Of a DNA stretch of 64,000 nucleotides, positions 60,887 to 64,000 are shown in pieces; positions within the stretch are counted from its first letter, which is position 1, and each line of letters opens with the position of its first letter. This DNA comes from Gracilinanus agilis (lineage: Eukaryota). The translations under genes were made by a program, and so were the position numbers. The stretch spans positions 732,123,332 to 732,187,331 of the forward strand of contig NC_058130.1 in assembly GCF_016433145.1 (NCBI RefSeq), written 5' to 3'. The notes under the pieces were generated by a model. That model had not been told where the DNA came from. It saw only the letters and a list, made by a program, of their open reading frames with translations, and ran no database searches.

Positions 60887-62029
60887 AAAATCTTGATCTC
60901 AGAGACAAGTGGAGGAAACATATTTCCTTTCTCTCGGTCAAGAAAGGGTTTGGGGATAGGGAAAGAACGGAACTATGGGAAAATATTCAAAATAAAAATA
61001 TAATTAAAAAAGAAAGGAATTTTGTATGTCCTTGTTAGCTGGGTTTTGCTTGAAATTCTCTTTATTTCAAAGGAAGATGGGGTCGATGGGGAGGAGTAGT
61101 TTCAGCATATTGGGAAATGAATCTGTTATTTTTTTAAAAGGCATAAATAAGCATTTTTTATTGGAGGAAAAAGAAAAACAAAGAGATAGTCCTTGCCCTC
61201 CAGGAGTATAAACACAGATAACTTCATTACATAAGTACCTTGTGACCTTGATCAATTCACTTCATTCCTCTAGGGCTGTAAAAGGAGGAGATTGGATTAG
61301 ATGGGTTCTAAAGTCCTTTCTGCCTCCAAATATATAATCTCAACTATATGGGGAGTGGAGGGAGAGGAGGAGAGGAGGGCTGGTGGCCCCAGCAGGTTAA
61401 GATATTTCCATTTTATTTAATTCTTGAGTGTGTTGAGAGTAATCTGCCCATTTCAATTAAAACAAAAATGATCAAAATAGATTTCATATATGAAGATTTA
61501 ATGCATATGTGCATACATTTCATATATGTATCACATATTTGTTCATATGTACAATATATATCATATACCATTAAATTGTGTATATGAAATGAAATTATAT
61601 TCATTTCATATATATAATTTCATTTCATATGCCATATATATATATATGATTTCATGCTGTATGTCCCTATAAGCTGAGTTTTGCAAATGGGGAAATAAAG
61701 CACATAGAAGGTATCAGAATTGGGCACAATTTTGCCTCCCAGGACCCAGAAATCACTGATACGAACTACTGTTCGCCCTTCTGTCAGTTCAGGAGGCTCA
61801 CAACGGGCCAGGAATGTGCTGGTAAATGTTTAACACCTGGTTCTGCAGGAGGGAGGAAGACAAATTGCAGTGGGACACTCTTAAGGTTAATCTTGGATAT
61901 TAACGTGCTTTCCATCACTTTCTAGACTAGTCATTAATATAAATGAAGCCCAAATTCGTAGCTGTGGTCCACTTCGGAGATGTGCATGTTCTCGGGAGCC
62001 AGTTCAATGGAACCGACTCAAGCCTAGAC

Positions 62030-62700
62030 TTGGATGGGGTCCTGGCCTTGCCCGCGGGGCCCTGGCCTCGGACGTGACCTCCGCACGCGCAAATTGAGCC
62101 TCGGTCCCTTTAAGAGCTTCCAAAACCTTGGAAACCAAAGCAGAAGGGAGGCGGGGCCTTCCGCCTAGAACGATAGATGCACCAGCCAATAAGAGATACC
62201 TTCCTGATCGACACAACCAATGACAGGCTGGAAGGGCGGGCCTAGAGCAGCTGATACCCGAGGCCCGGCGGCAGCTGCTGCTGCTGGGGGTGGGGGGGCG
62301 CAGGACCCCGGGGGTCCCGAGCTGGTGCCACGTGTCCCCGGGGGAGCCGGGCAGAGACCTCGGTAACTCCCGGGGACCTAAGATGGCTGGGGAGGCTGGA
62401 GCAGAAGAGGCTATTCGAGCCTGGAGCGGGTTGGGGGTTGGAAACGCGGCCTGGGAGCCCGGGTGGGGGCGGGGGACCCCGGGGAGCCCTTGGCCCCGCC
62501 GTTGGGGCCCCTCCTTGGCCACGCTGGGGCGGGGGGTGTGCAGTCTAGATTTGTCCCAGAGACCCAGGCGTCCCGGTCCTGCCCGTCCAGTTCCGGGTGG
62601 GAGGTTGGGGGGCGTCCTACGTGCCCCTCCTGTGGGCGTGGGTGTGGGTAGACCCCTCACTGTGGTCTGGATCGTAGATTTAGAGTTCAGGGATCCCGCA
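62030..62700 (+). promoter_or_regulatory. FKBP8: CpG-island promoter and probable non-coding exon 1 of the next gene (FKBP8 by synteny)
   Basis: CpG-rich; two CCAAT boxes (about 62185, 62216), GC box gggcggg about 62234, E-box CACGTG about 62329, candidate donor TCG|gtaact at 62363; gene name inferred only from conserved order CRLF1-REX1BD-UBA52-KXD1-FKBP8. Confidence 0.5.
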
Positions 62701-64000
62701 GGTCATTTCGTCCAACGCCTAGACCCAGCCCTCTTTTACAGAGGAGGAGACCGAGGCCCAGAGTGGGGACGTGATTTGTCCAAGGTCATCTGTGGATTGC
62801 TTGTCTATGGCAAAGCTGGTATTGGACCCTGAGTCTTCTGACTCTTGACCCTCGCTAATTAGAGGTTCTCTGATCAATGATACCTTCCCTTCCCTCTTCC
62901 AGTCCACCCCCACCCCATAGAGCAAGGGTTTGACCTCAGATCTCCAAATTGAAGTGAAGGATTAATCGCATTCTTGGTGTCCTCCATCTCACCCACCCAC
63001 CTCTGTACTTGCTGGAATCCCCCTGACCCCCTCCCCACAGCACAGATGCTGGCAGAGGTCATTTAATCAGGTAAATGTTTCATCTGGCAGAACATATCCC
63101 AAAGGCCACAACCTTCCCCTACCCCTATCCCATCCCAGACCCCAAGCAGCCTTTCTTTCCCCTCCACTCCAATGAGGATAGGGGCCAGAGAAGGTGGTGA
63201 TCAGTCTTGAGCTAGTAGGTTGGCTAAATGGAAAGAGCCCTGGAGGTTCAAACATATGAAGAATTGTGATCTATTTCCAGCTCAGCCCCCATCTGTCTAT
63301 CTCTGTGGCTTTGGACAGATTTCTCTCCCTCTTTCTACCCCACTTTTTAAAAAATCTGCAAAATGGCAGGGATTGATTTGATAGTTACCAAGGGGTAGAA
63401 CTGAACCTTTAGGGGCCATTTGACCCAGGGCCTTCTTTTGTTTTTTTAAACCCTTGCGTCCTATCTTAGAGTATACTAAGTATCAGGTCCAAGGTGGAAG
63501 AGTAGTAAAGGCTTTTAAGTGCCTTGCTCAGGGTCACACAGCCAGGAAATACTTTGAGATTAGATTTGAACCCAGGACTTTCTGTCTCCAAGATTGACTA
63601 TCCACTGAGCTAGCTGCCCTAGTCCCTTCATTTTTACAGGTGAGAAAACTGAGACCTGGGGAGAGTAAGACTTGCCCAGGGTTAGGTGATAGAACTGGAA
63701 TTCCTATCCAGCTCTTCAGAGACCAAATACAGTGTATCCTTTACTTCTAAGATATTGATACTGTGTTCTAAAGCCCCTTCTCTCATAAATGTAAATGTGT
63801 GAAGGAAATTAGGGAATCTTGATCACAAGGTCAAAATCTAAGCTCTGGCATACCCTGGAATGGGCAGGAAAGCCAACAATTAAGGGGGGGGGGGGTACAA
63901 TGAGGCTGAGTGAATGTCCCCTGAGTGGCCCTCTGGAAGGAGGAAGGATCTACAGTTGGCCCAAGGGCATGAAGTATGAAAAGGACTGGGAAAAAGTTAG

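Overview
Marsupial genomic DNA, most likely a didelphid opossum (SINE1_Mdo-type SINEs, L1_Mdo-type LINE). The window is syntenic with human 19p13.11. It holds the 3' end of CRLF1 (+), complete REX1BD/C19orf60 (-, 5 coding exons, 183 aa), complete UBA52 (-, ubiquitin-RPL40, 128 aa, 5'TOP non-coding exon 1) and complete KXD1 (-, 4 coding exons, 184 aa). A 34-kb repeat-dense interval follows, with SINEs, L1 pieces, hAT MITEs, solo LTRs and an ERV1-like provirus interrupted by a 5'-intact, 3'-deleted L1. A CpG-island promoter near 62 kb is probably FKBP8, by synteny only. All exon boundaries were checked for GT/AG and frame. No new protein-coding system is evident. The best candidates for undescribed biology are RNA- or chromatin-level: two inverted 33-bp tandem arrays bracketing KXD1 exons 2-4, a dual-frame CRLF1 C-terminus made by a 5-nt acceptor shift, a hammerhead-like three-way junction between KXD1 and UBA52, a CTCF-motif array in REX1BD intron 1, and a strong unproductive acceptor in UBA52 intron 2. 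An assembly gap is flanked by a Nextera/Tn5 adapter remnant.
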